A stretch of DNA of 64,000 bases from a virus (lineage: Duplodnaviria > Caudoviricetes). A program made the position numbers and the translations under genes. The DNA lies in IMG/VR virus record IMGVR_UViG_2524614578_000001, positions 1-64,000 of that record. One strand, given 5' to 3'. This document shows, piece after piece, positions 28,167 to 36,199 of the stretch. Positions within the stretch are counted from its first letter, which is position 1, and each line of letters begins with the position of its first letter. The notes below the pieces were generated by a model, which was not told the DNA's origin, made no database searches, and saw nothing but the letters and a program-made list of their open reading frames with translations.

Positions 28167-30158
28167 ATCAAGAACGACGTGAAGAAGGGGCTCGCGTCCC
28201 CTCATGCGCGGCCGTGGCTCGCCCTCGTCGGCGAGGTACCCGCCACCTTCGCCGCCCACATGGCTTGGGGCGACCAGCCCCTCGTTGCGGCCGGCATGGC
28301 TACCGCCGCCGGGGTCCTGACCGCCGCCACCTGGTGGGCGGGCAAGGACACCAGCCCGCAGCGGCGTGCGCACGCGACCGCCACCACCGCCGCGGCGACC
28401 GGCTACCTCACCTACGCCTCCTTCACCGACCCGTTCGGTGTGACCCAGTTGACGTGGCTTGCCCTCGGTGGCGGCACTGCTGCCGCGAGCTGGAACATCC
28501 GCAAGACGATGCGCATCAACCCCGAGACCAGCAACAACGGTGCGGGCTCCGAGGAAAACGGCATCCTCCCGAAGTCGCTAGGCAAGGCCAAGGCGATGCT
28601 GCGGGCACAGCCGAAGATCGAACCGAACAAGGTCACGCTGCCGCTGAAGCTCAACGAGATGACCACCGAGCAGTTCGGCAACCGTCTCAAGGACGCAGCG
28701 GTCGAGGCTGGCGTCTCCAACAACGCCCTGCGCCTCATCAACGACCCCGACAACGCAGCCTGGACGGACCTGGTCATCACCCCCGAGGACATGCTGAAGA
28801 AGTCCCTGCGCTGGCCCGGCCCGACCAACGGCGGCGGCTCCATCACCGAGCCCATCACCGTCGGCCCCTACCAGGACGGTGCCCCGGCGCAGCTCTGGTT
28901 TCCCGCGCACGAGCCGACGAAGATGTCCAAGGAACAGGCTCGCAACGCCACGCACTTCCTCGCCGCCGGCATGAACGGCTCGGCGAAGTCGACTGGCATC
29001 TCGGTTGCCATCGCTGATGCGCTGACCAGGCGCGACGTCATCGTGTGGGGTGTCGACCCGTCGAAGGGCATGCAGACGTTCGCCCCGTTCCTGCCGTACA
29101 TGGACTGGGTGGAGATCACCAAGTCCGGCGGCGACGACATGATCGACGCCCTGTCGCAGGTCATCACCGCCCGCGCTGACGCGCTCGGCCGGAACGGCTA
29201 CAAGAACTGGACCCCGCAGGCGTTCCACCAGCTCGGCATGCCCTACATGATCGTGTGGATCGAGGAGGCCGCGAAATTCTTCCGCGAGGGCACCGAGATG
29301 GAAGGACTGGTCATGGAGGCCCGTTCCGCGGGGATCTCCGTCATCATCTCCCTCCAGCGCCCGTCGGCCACATCGATGCCCACTGACGTGCGGGAACAGC
29401 TCGGCGGGGTGCTGTGCTTCGGCGTCAAGGAGTCCACCACCGCCGACATGGCCCTCCCCGAAGACGTGCGCGACGCCGGCGCCCGCCCGGAAGCGTGGGA
29501 GAACCGCAAGCCCGGCTACGCCTACCTCGTCGCCCCCGGGGTGCCGGAAGACCGGTACGCGATCCCGCTGCGCACCTACATGATCGACGACGAGCAGATC
29601 TCCGACGCGCTCGCCGCCGCACCCCGCGTCCACGCCGACCCGATCACGGCTGCCGCCGCGGGTGAGGCATACGAGAACCGCACCACCTACGAGTCCAACA
29701 CCCCGCTGACCAGCATCAACACGGAGGCAGTCATGAGCAAGGAGGACCAGGCGCGCAAGGAGGAGGCCCTGCTGGAACGGCAGGTCGAGCGTGAGGTCGC
29801 CGCCCGCTTCGACGACGGCGAGGACAACGACGTGTCCGGCATCGACCCCGACGAAGAGATCCCCGCCGTCGAGTCCGACAAGGTGTGGACGTTCGCCGAG
29901 GCCGACAGCACCCCGGAGAAGACCGCCGACGAGGCCATGAACGAGCTGCTCGCGATGCTGGAGGAGTACCGGCAGGAGGGCCTGGAGCACGTCGGCCCCC
30001 GCCACTTCCAGCCCTACGGCCGGGAGGGCCGCATCGGCCGCTCCCGCGCTTGGATCAGCGCCCGCCTCAACGAGTTGGCCGACGACGAGGTCCACCTCCA
30101 GGACACCGACGACGCCGGGGTGTACAAGCTGCTCTACCCCGAGATGGCCGCAGCCTGA
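28155..30158 (+). CDS. traB: TraB FtsK/SpoIIIE-family conjugative DNA translocase
   Basis: N-terminal TM region, Walker A GMNGSAKS, Walker B IVWIEEAA, ARSAGISVIISLQRP, C-terminal wHTH RSRAWISARLNEL. Confidence 0.9.
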   Translation: MADTIKNDVKKGLASPHARPWLALVGEVPATFAAHMAWGDQPLVAAGMATAAGVLTAATWWAGKDTSPQRRAHATATTAAATGYLTYASFTDPFGVTQLTWLALGGGTAAASWNIRKTMRINPETSNNGAGSEENGILPKSLGKAKAMLRAQPKIEPNKVTLPLKLNEMTTEQFGNRLKDAAVEAGVSNNALRLINDPDNAAWTDLVITPEDMLKKSLRWPGPTNGGGSITEPITVGPYQDGAPAQLWFPAHEPTKMSKEQARNATHFLAAGMNGSAKSTGISVAIADALTRRDVIVWGVDPSKGMQTFAPFLPYMDWVEITKSGGDDMIDALSQVITARADALGRNGYKNWTPQAFHQLGMPYMIVWIEEAAKFFREGTEMEGLVMEARSAGISVIISLQRPSATSMPTDVREQLGGVLCFGVKESTTADMALPEDVRDAGARPEAWENRKPGYAYLVAPGVPEDRYAIPLRTYMIDDEQISDALAAAPRVHADPITAAAAGEAYENRTTYESNTPLTSINTEAVMSKEDQARKEEALLERQVEREVAARFDDGEDNDVSGIDPDEEIPAVESDKVWTFAEADSTPEKTADEAMNELLAMLEEYRQEGLEHVGPRHFQPYGREGRIGRSRAWISARLNELADDEVHLQDTDDAGVYKLLYPEMAAA

Positions 30159-30291
30159 CACCCACTTGACCTGCGGTGACACCGGCTGACACCTCGCTGA
30201 CATGTCAGAGCGGGTGTCAGCCCCGGTCAGAGGCCGCGGACGCTTAGGTCAACGCGCACGCGCGCGCGAGCTGACACCCCCACCTGACACC
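30156..30291 (+). repeat. TGACACC repeat cluster downstream of traB, candidate clt
   Basis: Copies at 30156, 30177, 30187, 30272 and 30285; variants at 30167 and 30198; inverted copy at 30213-30219. Confidence 0.85.
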
Positions 30292-30345
30292 CCTAGCCCT
30301 GTCAATCGGTACGAACCGCCACAGAACTCACATAAGGAGCACCCC

Positions 30346-30609
30346 ATGGAGCAGGAGTTCAACCCGCCCCGCTACGCCTGGACCGCCTCGACCGTGCAGG
30401 AGGCGAAGGCGATCCTCACTGCCGCACGCGACCTCGTCGACGCGCACATGTCCACGCTCGTGCCCGGCGACATCGGTGATCGGTGGGACGCCGAGAAGGA
30501 GGCGCCGACGACGCTGACCATTTCGCTGGACCTGTCCGGCCTGGTGGAGCAGATCAACACCCGCCGGACCATCGCCAACATGGAAGCCAGTCTCGGGGAC
30601 GGTGCCTGA
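30346..30609 (+). CDS. Hypothetical protein
   Basis: AAGGAG RBS before the ATG at 30346. Confidence 0.6.
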   Translation: MEQEFNPPRYAWTASTVQEAKAILTAARDLVDAHMSTLVPGDIGDRWDAEKEAPTTLTISLDLSGLVEQINTRRTIANMEASLGDGA

Positions 30610-31217
30610 TGCGTACTCCGTGGATGTCCCGCCGGGACCGCCGCCTGTGGCAGTCCGCCAGCACCGTCCCCGACCTCGGCGAGTTGATGGCCCGCTGGCT
30701 CGAAGGCGACCTGAAGTCGTGGCCCGGCTACGCCCCGGGCTACGGCCCCGACGACGAAACCCGGCACCTCGTCCCGACACTGGCCGCACTCAACCGGGCC
30801 GGGGTCCTCACACACGGTTCGCAGCCCGGCCACATGGGGGCCGGCTTCGACGGGGCCTGGTGGTCGCAGCGCGCGGCCGTCAGTGGCTTCGTCGCCGACC
30901 CGTCGCTGTTTCGCGAGCTGCTGTTCGCCGCCGCCGACAACGCGCTGCTGACGCTGGTGACCGGCGGGCAGGAGGCGTACTGGCCGGAGCCGATCCCGGT
31001 GACGACGCGCAACTCGGAGACGGTCACGGACTTCGGCATGCACTTGGGTCGCCGCGACCTGCGCTGCATGTGGCCCACGATCAACGACGAGGCGTTCACC
31101 GCGATCGAGGCAGCGTGGCAGGTCACCATGGTCGCCCCCGGCTTCGGAGCCTTGGGCGAACGCATGTGGCCGGTGCTGGCCACCGCCGTGGAGGAGGCCG
31201 TCGATGTCGCTGCCTGA
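30609..31217 (+). CDS. DUF6919-like protein typical of Streptomyces mobile elements
   Basis: WMSRRDRRLWQSA...LMARWLEG...PGY...LNRAGVLT.GSQPG...QRAAV. Confidence 0.6.
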   Translation: MRTPWMSRRDRRLWQSASTVPDLGELMARWLEGDLKSWPGYAPGYGPDDETRHLVPTLAALNRAGVLTHGSQPGHMGAGFDGAWWSQRAAVSGFVADPSLFRELLFAAADNALLTLVTGGQEAYWPEPIPVTTRNSETVTDFGMHLGRRDLRCMWPTINDEAFTAIEAAWQVTMVAPGFGALGERMWPVLATAVEEAVDVAA

Positions 31218-31656
31218 GCGTCAGATCCATGCGGAGACCGCACCGTTCGCCATGCGCCCGGCCGCACCGGAGGTGTACCGGCCGCAGCCGATCCAGCCCG
31301 TGCCGGAACGCCGCATCGTCGGCTACGAGCGGTACGCCGACGGCCTGCTGCCCGTGTACGAGGTCGTCGCCCCTGTGGAGCGCACCCCCGCCCGCGACCT
31401 CACCCCCCAGCCGCTGATCGACCCGCGGGCACAACTCGTCCTCGCCGGCGGTGTCGGCGCCGGAGCAGCAGGCGCCGGACTCGGCTGGGGCATCGGACAA
31501 GCCTTCACCGGCATCGCGGCCCTGTCCGGCAGCAGCGCCGTCCTGATGGCGCTGCTGCTGCTCCTCCTCGCCAAGTCCCGGAAGCGCGGCACGACCACGA
31601 TCCACGTCACCAACAACAACCGCTGGTGGGGCCACTCCACCAGCCCGATCAAGTAG
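31204..31656 (+). CDS. Membrane protein, Spd-like
   Basis: Gly-rich TM hairpin; C-terminal IHVTNNNRWWG. Confidence 0.65.
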   Translation: MSLPERQIHAETAPFAMRPAAPEVYRPQPIQPVPERRIVGYERYADGLLPVYEVVAPVERTPARDLTPQPLIDPRAQLVLAGGVGAGAAGAGLGWGIGQAFTGIAALSGSSAVLMALLLLLLAKSRKRGTTTIHVTNNNRWWGHSTSPIK

Positions 31657-31665
31657 GAGCCCGGC

Positions 31666-31872
31666 ATGCCGCTTACGTTCCGCAAGAGCTTCCGTGTCCT
31701 GCCCGAGGTGAAGGTCAACCTGGGGCTCAAGTCGTGGTCGGTGACCGTCGGACCCAGCAACGGGCCGAAGCGCACGTTCAGTTCGACCGGCCGCCGCACC
31801 ACATCCATGGACCTGCCCGGCCCGTGGGGCTACCGCCGCACCAGCACCCGGCGGCAGAGGAGGGAGGGCTGA
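31666..31872 (+). CDS. DUF4236-like small basic protein
   Basis: FRKSFRVLP.VKVNL...SWSVTVG...LPG. Confidence 0.7.
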   Translation: MPLTFRKSFRVLPEVKVNLGLKSWSVTVGPSNGPKRTFSSTGRRTTSMDLPGPWGYRRTSTRRQRREG

Positions 31873-32084
31873 TGAAGCGCGGCGACCGCGTGCGGATCAC
31901 CGCAGGTCGACACGAGGGCGAGACCGGCGTGTACATCGACGACTACACCGCGGGCCGCGTCATCCCCGGCATGGCCTTCGAGGACGAGTCGAACGTCCGG
32001 CTCGACGACGGCTCCAAGGCCACCGTCCCCACGGCGAGCCTCGCGCCCGCCACCAAGAACCGGCGGCGCAACCGCGACCGCTGA
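31872..32084 (+). CDS. KOW/SH3-like small protein
   Basis: KRGDRVRITAGRHEGETG. Confidence 0.6.
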   Translation: MKRGDRVRITAGRHEGETGVYIDDYTAGRVIPGMAFEDESNVRLDDGSKATVPTASLAPATKNRRRNRDR

Positions 32085-32111
32085 ACTGTCATCATCGAAT
32101 CAGGAGGAATC

Positions 32112-32603
32112 ATGGGATACGCCTGCTACGAGATCTACCGCAACGGCGAGAAGATCGAGGCCGGCTACGGTGTCGCCACTGCCTGCGAAGAGGACGGCTG
32201 CACCGAGCAGATCGACCGTGGGCTCGCCCACCTGTGCGGCAAGGACCCCGGAGGCGACGAACACGGCTGTGGCGGCTACTACTGCGGCCAGCACCTGTAC
32301 GGCGACAACCAGTGCACCCGCTGCTCCGCCAAGGCGGACGAGGCCAACCGCTGGGTCCACCCCGAGACCGGTGAGGAGTTCGACCTGCGGGACCGGTTCC
32401 TGCCGGCCGGGTCGCGCTACGACGCCCGAGGGACCGTCTGGCAGTACGCAGGGTTCCAGCGTGAGGGCGCGCCGACCCTGGAGCCGATCTATACGAGTGG
32501 CGAGGGCGCGGACGGTCCGTACCGTTCCCTCGCTGAGGGCGAGTGGGAGGACGTCGGCCGCATCGTCTACCGGCAGGTACACGCCGAGACCGCCACCGCA
32601 TAG
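32112..32603 (+). CDS. Cys-rich hypothetical protein
   Basis: AGYGV...C...GC...IDRGL..LCG...GCGGYYCGQHL; AGGAGG RBS. Confidence 0.7.
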   Translation: MGYACYEIYRNGEKIEAGYGVATACEEDGCTEQIDRGLAHLCGKDPGGDEHGCGGYYCGQHLYGDNQCTRCSAKADEANRWVHPETGEEFDLRDRFLPAGSRYDARGTVWQYAGFQREGAPTLEPIYTSGEGADGPYRSLAEGEWEDVGRIVYRQVHAETATA

Positions 32604-32652
32604 GCGACCGCCCCTCCCGGGGTTAGCGGGAGGGACGGCACGGACACCATAC

Positions 32653-32685
32653 GAGAGGCCCCGCCCGTGTTGGGCGGGGCCTCTC
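32653..32685. terminator. Bidirectional hairpin between convergent genes
   Basis: GAGAGGCCCCGCCC-gtgtt-GGGCGGGGCCTCTC. Confidence 0.75.
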
Positions 32686-32708
32686 TGTGCTCCGGGTTCT
32701 CGGCGCGT

Positions 32709-33212
32709 TCAGCTCTGGGGCTTGTCGATCCTCAACGGGTCGTGCGTGCCTGTGCGCTGCCACCACTGGCCACTCGCATCGCACCATCTGATCGTGCACG
32801 TTACGCGGCCGTATCGGCGCTCAATGAGCAAGTCATCTGCCGCCTTCAGCACCACGGACACCTTGAATGACTCTCCGCGAGGCAGGTGTTGACGCCGCGG
32901 TGGGAGCCGCGACCCCATGAAGGGATTGAGCGCCCACGAGTCACCGGGCTGCGGCTCAGGCCGCTTGAAGTCCACCAGCTCCGGCCAGAGCAGCTCGCGC
33001 GGACTGCCGTTGATGATCGTCACCATGTATGAGCCGGTGGCCGAGCCGTTCGTCTTGAAGTGCACCATCGACGCTTCCGCCACGGCAGACCTGTCCTCAT
33101 CCTGGTCGGCCTTCCGGTTGCGAGCCCGCGTCTCCAGGAGCCCCCAGACCGACATAGCGGTACCAGCAATGCCCACACCGACGCCCTGCCCAAACGACCA
33201 CCAGTCGGTCAA
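32709..33212 (-). CDS. Membrane-anchored hypothetical protein
   Basis: TTG start after GAGGAGG; N-terminal hydrophobic segment. Confidence 0.55.
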   Translation of the reverse strand: MTDWWSFGQGVGVGIAGTAMSVWGLLETRARNRKADQDEDRSAVAEASMVHFKTNGSATGSYMVTIINGSPRELLWPELVDFKRPEPQPGDSWALNPFMGSRLPPRRQHLPRGESFKVSVVLKAADDLLIERRYGRVTCTIRWCDASGQWWQRTGTHDPLRIDKPQS

Positions 33213-33213
33213 C

Positions 33214-33405
33214 TCACCCCTCCTCGGCGGTGTTGGGCCGCCCGGGGAGTTCGGCGCCGGGTAGTCCAGCAAACCATGCCCAGAGTTGCCGGGTGATGCG
33301 TGACCGGTCGCTGGCGGCCTGCTTGGCAGCGGCGTCGAATGCGTCGACTTCTTCGTCTGGGATGCCTCGGACAACTCGCTGTTTGTACTTGTGGGCGTTG
33401 GCCAT
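33214..33405 (-). CDS. Ribbon-helix-helix-like small regulator
   Basis: QRVVRGIPDEEVDAFDAAAKQAASDRSRITRQLWAW. Confidence 0.65.
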   Translation of the reverse strand: MANAHKYKQRVVRGIPDEEVDAFDAAAKQAASDRSRITRQLWAWFAGLPGAELPGRPNTAEEG

Positions 33406-33421
33406 GAAACCCATGGTCCCA

Positions 33422-33473
33422 GGTGGCTTGCCACCCGTCAAAGGGTGTGCCATATTGGAGGTGGCAAGCCACC
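33422..33473. promoter_or_regulatory. Paired palindromic operators GGTGGCTTGCCACC and GGTGGCAAGCCACC
   Basis: At 33422-33435 and 33460-33473, in the divergent promoter region. Confidence 0.7.
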
Positions 33474-33507
33474 CAAGAGCAGGGTTAACGCCACAACAGG
33501 GGGTCCG

Positions 33508-33843
33508 ATGAACACCACCACCGAGCAGGTCACCTGCCTCGGCTGCCGGCGCCCCCTCCGCTCCGCCGCGAGCATCGCCCGCGGACGCGGCCCCGTCTGC
33601 GACCGCCGGGCGCGCCAATCGGCCGTCGACCTCCGCGACTTCACCCCCGCCCAGGTCGACGCCGCACGCGAGCTGATCGAAGACGCCGCGATCGTGCCGC
33701 TCCGCGGCCGAGTGTTCCGGACCGTCAGTACGGACGGCCGCGAGCTGCACCTCACCCACCCGGCCACCTGCAACTGCGCCGCAGGGCTCAAGGCCCGCCG
33801 CTGCTACCACATCGCCGCAGCGCGCTTGCTGTTGGCCGCATGA
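33508..33843 (+). CDS. DUF6011-like zinc finger fused to a SWIM zinc finger
   Basis: CLGCRRPL...SIARGRGPVC and CNC...CYHI. Confidence 0.75.
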   Translation: MNTTTEQVTCLGCRRPLRSAASIARGRGPVCDRRARQSAVDLRDFTPAQVDAARELIEDAAIVPLRGRVFRTVSTDGRELHLTHPATCNCAAGLKARRCYHIAAARLLLAA

Positions 33844-33982
33844 GTACCGCGTCCGAGCCCCTCCCGCGGCTGACGGTGCGCGTCACCGTCAACCCCGTCG
33901 ACCCGGCCGCCAGTCGAGCCGCCGCCGCCGAGGACCGCCACTACTACTCCGACCTCTACGACCACGACGAAGACACCGAGGA

Positions 33983-34811
33983 GTGATCCGCATGGGCGAC
34001 GACAGTCTCATCCTGGTCAGGGCCACCATCGGCCAGCGCGACCACGTGTTGAAGACGTTCACCGGCACCCGCGAGTCGGAAGCCGTGGCCTATGCCGACC
34101 GCGAGCACGCCGCCAGCGGCCTCGACACCCGGCTCACCGCCTACGTGGCCCCCACCGGACCCCCGTCACTCGACGGGCTCTGCCTCAACTGACAGCGAGA
34201 GAGGACCGCGAGATGCCCAGCAACAAGTACGAGTGCCAGTGCGGCTACCCGGCCCGCAGCGCCGACGACCTGTTCGACCACATGGTCAACGCCGACGACG
34301 GCCAGCAGCACGGCAGCAAGTGAGGGGCGAGATGGGCTACACCAAGGAGTACGAGCTCCGCATGATGTCCATCGACGGCGGCTGGATCGTCCGCGGACAC
34401 TACGCCGACCCCGAGCAGGCCATGAAGGACATGTGCCGCGAGTAGGACATGCAGCCCGGCACCTACCGCGTGGTCCGGGTCATCGAGACGACGCTGGCCG
34501 AGTCCGCGCGATAGCCCCCGGCCCGCTCCGGAGCCCCCTACCGAAGCGGGCACCCAGCCCCGCCACGGTCACCACGGACGTACGCCGCAAGGCAGACGAG
34601 GGTGCGCAGGAAGAACTCCCGCGACAAAGAAGGAGCAGTCCCAATGTGTGCGTTTTGCCCGGAAGAGGGTCTCTCGATTCACTGGTCCGATGACGACGCC
34701 ACGGTGGTGGTGAAGGACCATGAGGGGGAGATCTTGGCGACGGAGCCAACCAGTAGCGCAGCAATCGAAACCCGCGAGAAGCTCATCAAGGACCGGAGGC
34801 GCCATAAGTGA
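33983..34811 (+). other. Several very small CDSs (for example 33983-34192 and 34644-34811)
   Basis: Short RBS-led ORFs; boundaries uncertain. Confidence 0.45.
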
Positions 34812-34831
34812 TGTGACCGCTCCGCAGGCGC

Positions 34832-34862
34832 GAGCCCCGGCCGATGTGTTCGGTCGGGGCTC
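34832..34862. terminator. Hairpin between convergent genes
   Basis: GAGCCCCGGCCGA-tgtgt-TCGGTCGGGGCTC. Confidence 0.6.
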
Positions 34863-35034
34863 AGTGGCGCCTGTGCCCCTTGCGGGCCATACGGCTGCGC
34901 CCGGCGAAGGAGCGGCCCGCGTTCGAGATGCGGGCGGCCTTCGACTTGGACATGCCCTTACGGCGCAATGCCCGATAGGCGGCATGCCTGCTGCGGTAGA
35001 CGAAGCCGAACCGGCCGCCGCGGGCCGACACCAT
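34861..35034 (-). CDS. Very basic 57-aa protein
   Basis: YRALRRKGMSKSKAARISNA; TGATG coupling with the upstream gene. Confidence 0.65.
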   Translation of the reverse strand: MVSARGGRFGFVYRSRHAAYRALRRKGMSKSKAARISNAGRSFAGRSRMARKGHRRH

Positions 35035-35258
35035 CAGCGCCGCCCCCTCTTGGACACCGCGATCGACGGATACTTGCGGCGCACCGCAGCCCGAACTCTC
35101 GCCTGCTGCGCTGGCGTTCCATGCTGCGCCACCCGTGCGAGCGCATTGCGGGCACGCGCCTTCGTGTCCAGCGGATACGCCCGCTTCCCCGGGATCGCGA
35201 ACGACGACTTGGGCAGGCTGCGGCGCCTCTTCGTAGTCATCTTCGGCGACTTGGCCAT
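35034..35258 (-). CDS. Very basic 74-aa protein (DUF6582-like)
   Basis: RRSLPKSSFAIPGKRAYPLDTKARARNALARVAQ. Confidence 0.7.
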   Translation of the reverse strand: MAKSPKMTTKRRRSLPKSSFAIPGKRAYPLDTKARARNALARVAQHGTPAQQARVRAAVRRKYPSIAVSKRGRR

Positions 35259-35301
35259 GACCTACGCATGCCCAGATCGACAGGCGCTGCACCCAATTCG
35301 C

Positions 35302-35332
35302 CTACGATTCAAAGGTAGAACGTCCGAATCGG
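35302..35332 (+). promoter_or_regulatory. CTACGATTC-N15-GAATCGG motif upstream of the late operon
   Basis: Same motif and spacing at 62269-62299. Confidence 0.6.
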
Positions 35333-35356
35333 CAGGCCACCAGGAGGGCACGCGCC

Positions 35357-35950
35357 ATGGTCAACGGGCCCCGCACCTACCGGAAAACCGACCCGGCCGA
35401 CCGCGCCGCCCGAGCCGCCGTCGTCTTCGACCTGCGCATCGCCGGCAAGTCCTACCGGCAGATCGACACCCTGTCGCAGGACCCCAACGGTCCGACGAAC
35501 GGCCGCCGCATCTCCACCACCACCGCCAAGGAACTCCTCTACGAAGAGGTGGCCCGCCGCATCGACCCGCGAGTCGAGACATGGCGGGCAGTGGAGGCCG
35601 AACGGCTGGAAGGGTCGTTGCAGCGTCTCGATCTGCTCGCAGAGAAGGCGTGGGTCATCCTCGACACTGACCATGTGACGGTGTCGCAGGGCCGCACCTT
35701 CGAGAACATCGCCGACCCAGGCCCGGCGCTGCAAGCCATCGACCGCCTCATCAAGATCGAGGAGCAGCGGCGGAAGATCTCCGAGTCGCTGAGGAAGCTG
35801 TTCGGCGTCGACGCCCCGCAGCAGATTGAGGCCACCATCACCGAGATGACGCCGCAGGACGTGGAACTCCAGGAGTTGCTCAACGAGGCCAAGGCCAAGA
35901 TGGAGGCGCAGCAGGCTCGGCTCCTCGGCAACGGCGGGGAGTCGGCATGA
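35357..35950 (+). CDS. terS: Terminase small subunit (probable)
   Basis: LRIAGKSYRQI HTH, AIDRLIKIEEQRRK..GVDAP; first late gene. Confidence 0.75.
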   Translation: MVNGPRTYRKTDPADRAARAAVVFDLRIAGKSYRQIDTLSQDPNGPTNGRRISTTTAKELLYEEVARRIDPRVETWRAVEAERLEGSLQRLDLLAEKAWVILDTDHVTVSQGRTFENIADPGPALQAIDRLIKIEEQRRKISESLRKLFGVDAPQQIEATITEMTPQDVELQELLNEAKAKMEAQQARLLGNGGESA

Positions 35951-36195
35951 GCCGCACAACGTACGCCGTCGAATCCCTCGTGCCGTCATGGCTGCTGCAC
36001 GACACCGGCTACCGGCAGGCCCTCACCCAGTACCTGACGGATCGCATGGCCGCGCAGGGTGACCAGCCTGACGGGCCCGTGCGCATCCGGCAGGCCGACG
36101 ACTCGGCGCCGCCGCCAGTCGGGATGATCCTGCTGCGTGCCACCGCGGAGACCGAGGACTTCGACGTGGAGGTGCCCGCCGGGGACGGGGTGTGA
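35947..36195 (+). CDS. Hypothetical protein
   Basis: Coupled ORF between terS and terL. Confidence 0.6.
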   Translation: MSRTTYAVESLVPSWLLHDTGYRQALTQYLTDRMAAQGDQPDGPVRIRQADDSAPPPVGMILLRATAETEDFDVEVPAGDGV

Positions 36196-36199
36196 ACCG

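Larger units (their letters stand above)
21363..32603. mobile_element. Streptomyces plasmid/AICE-type conjugation (kor-spd-tra) module embedded in the prophage
   Basis: GntR pair divergent from an operon with Xis-like, membrane, TraA and TraB genes; hairpins near 21320 and at 32653; no separate int or rep recognised. Confidence 0.8.

Noticed and set aside
25931-30203. Long minus-strand ORFs 25931-27979 and 28578-30203
   Set aside because: Shadows of the spd-like, traA and traB genes.
21363-32603. Self-contained AICE inserted into the prophage
   Set aside because: No second integrase, no RepSA or prim-pol Rep, and no flanking att repeats seen. A decayed insertion cannot be fully excluded without comparative genomes.
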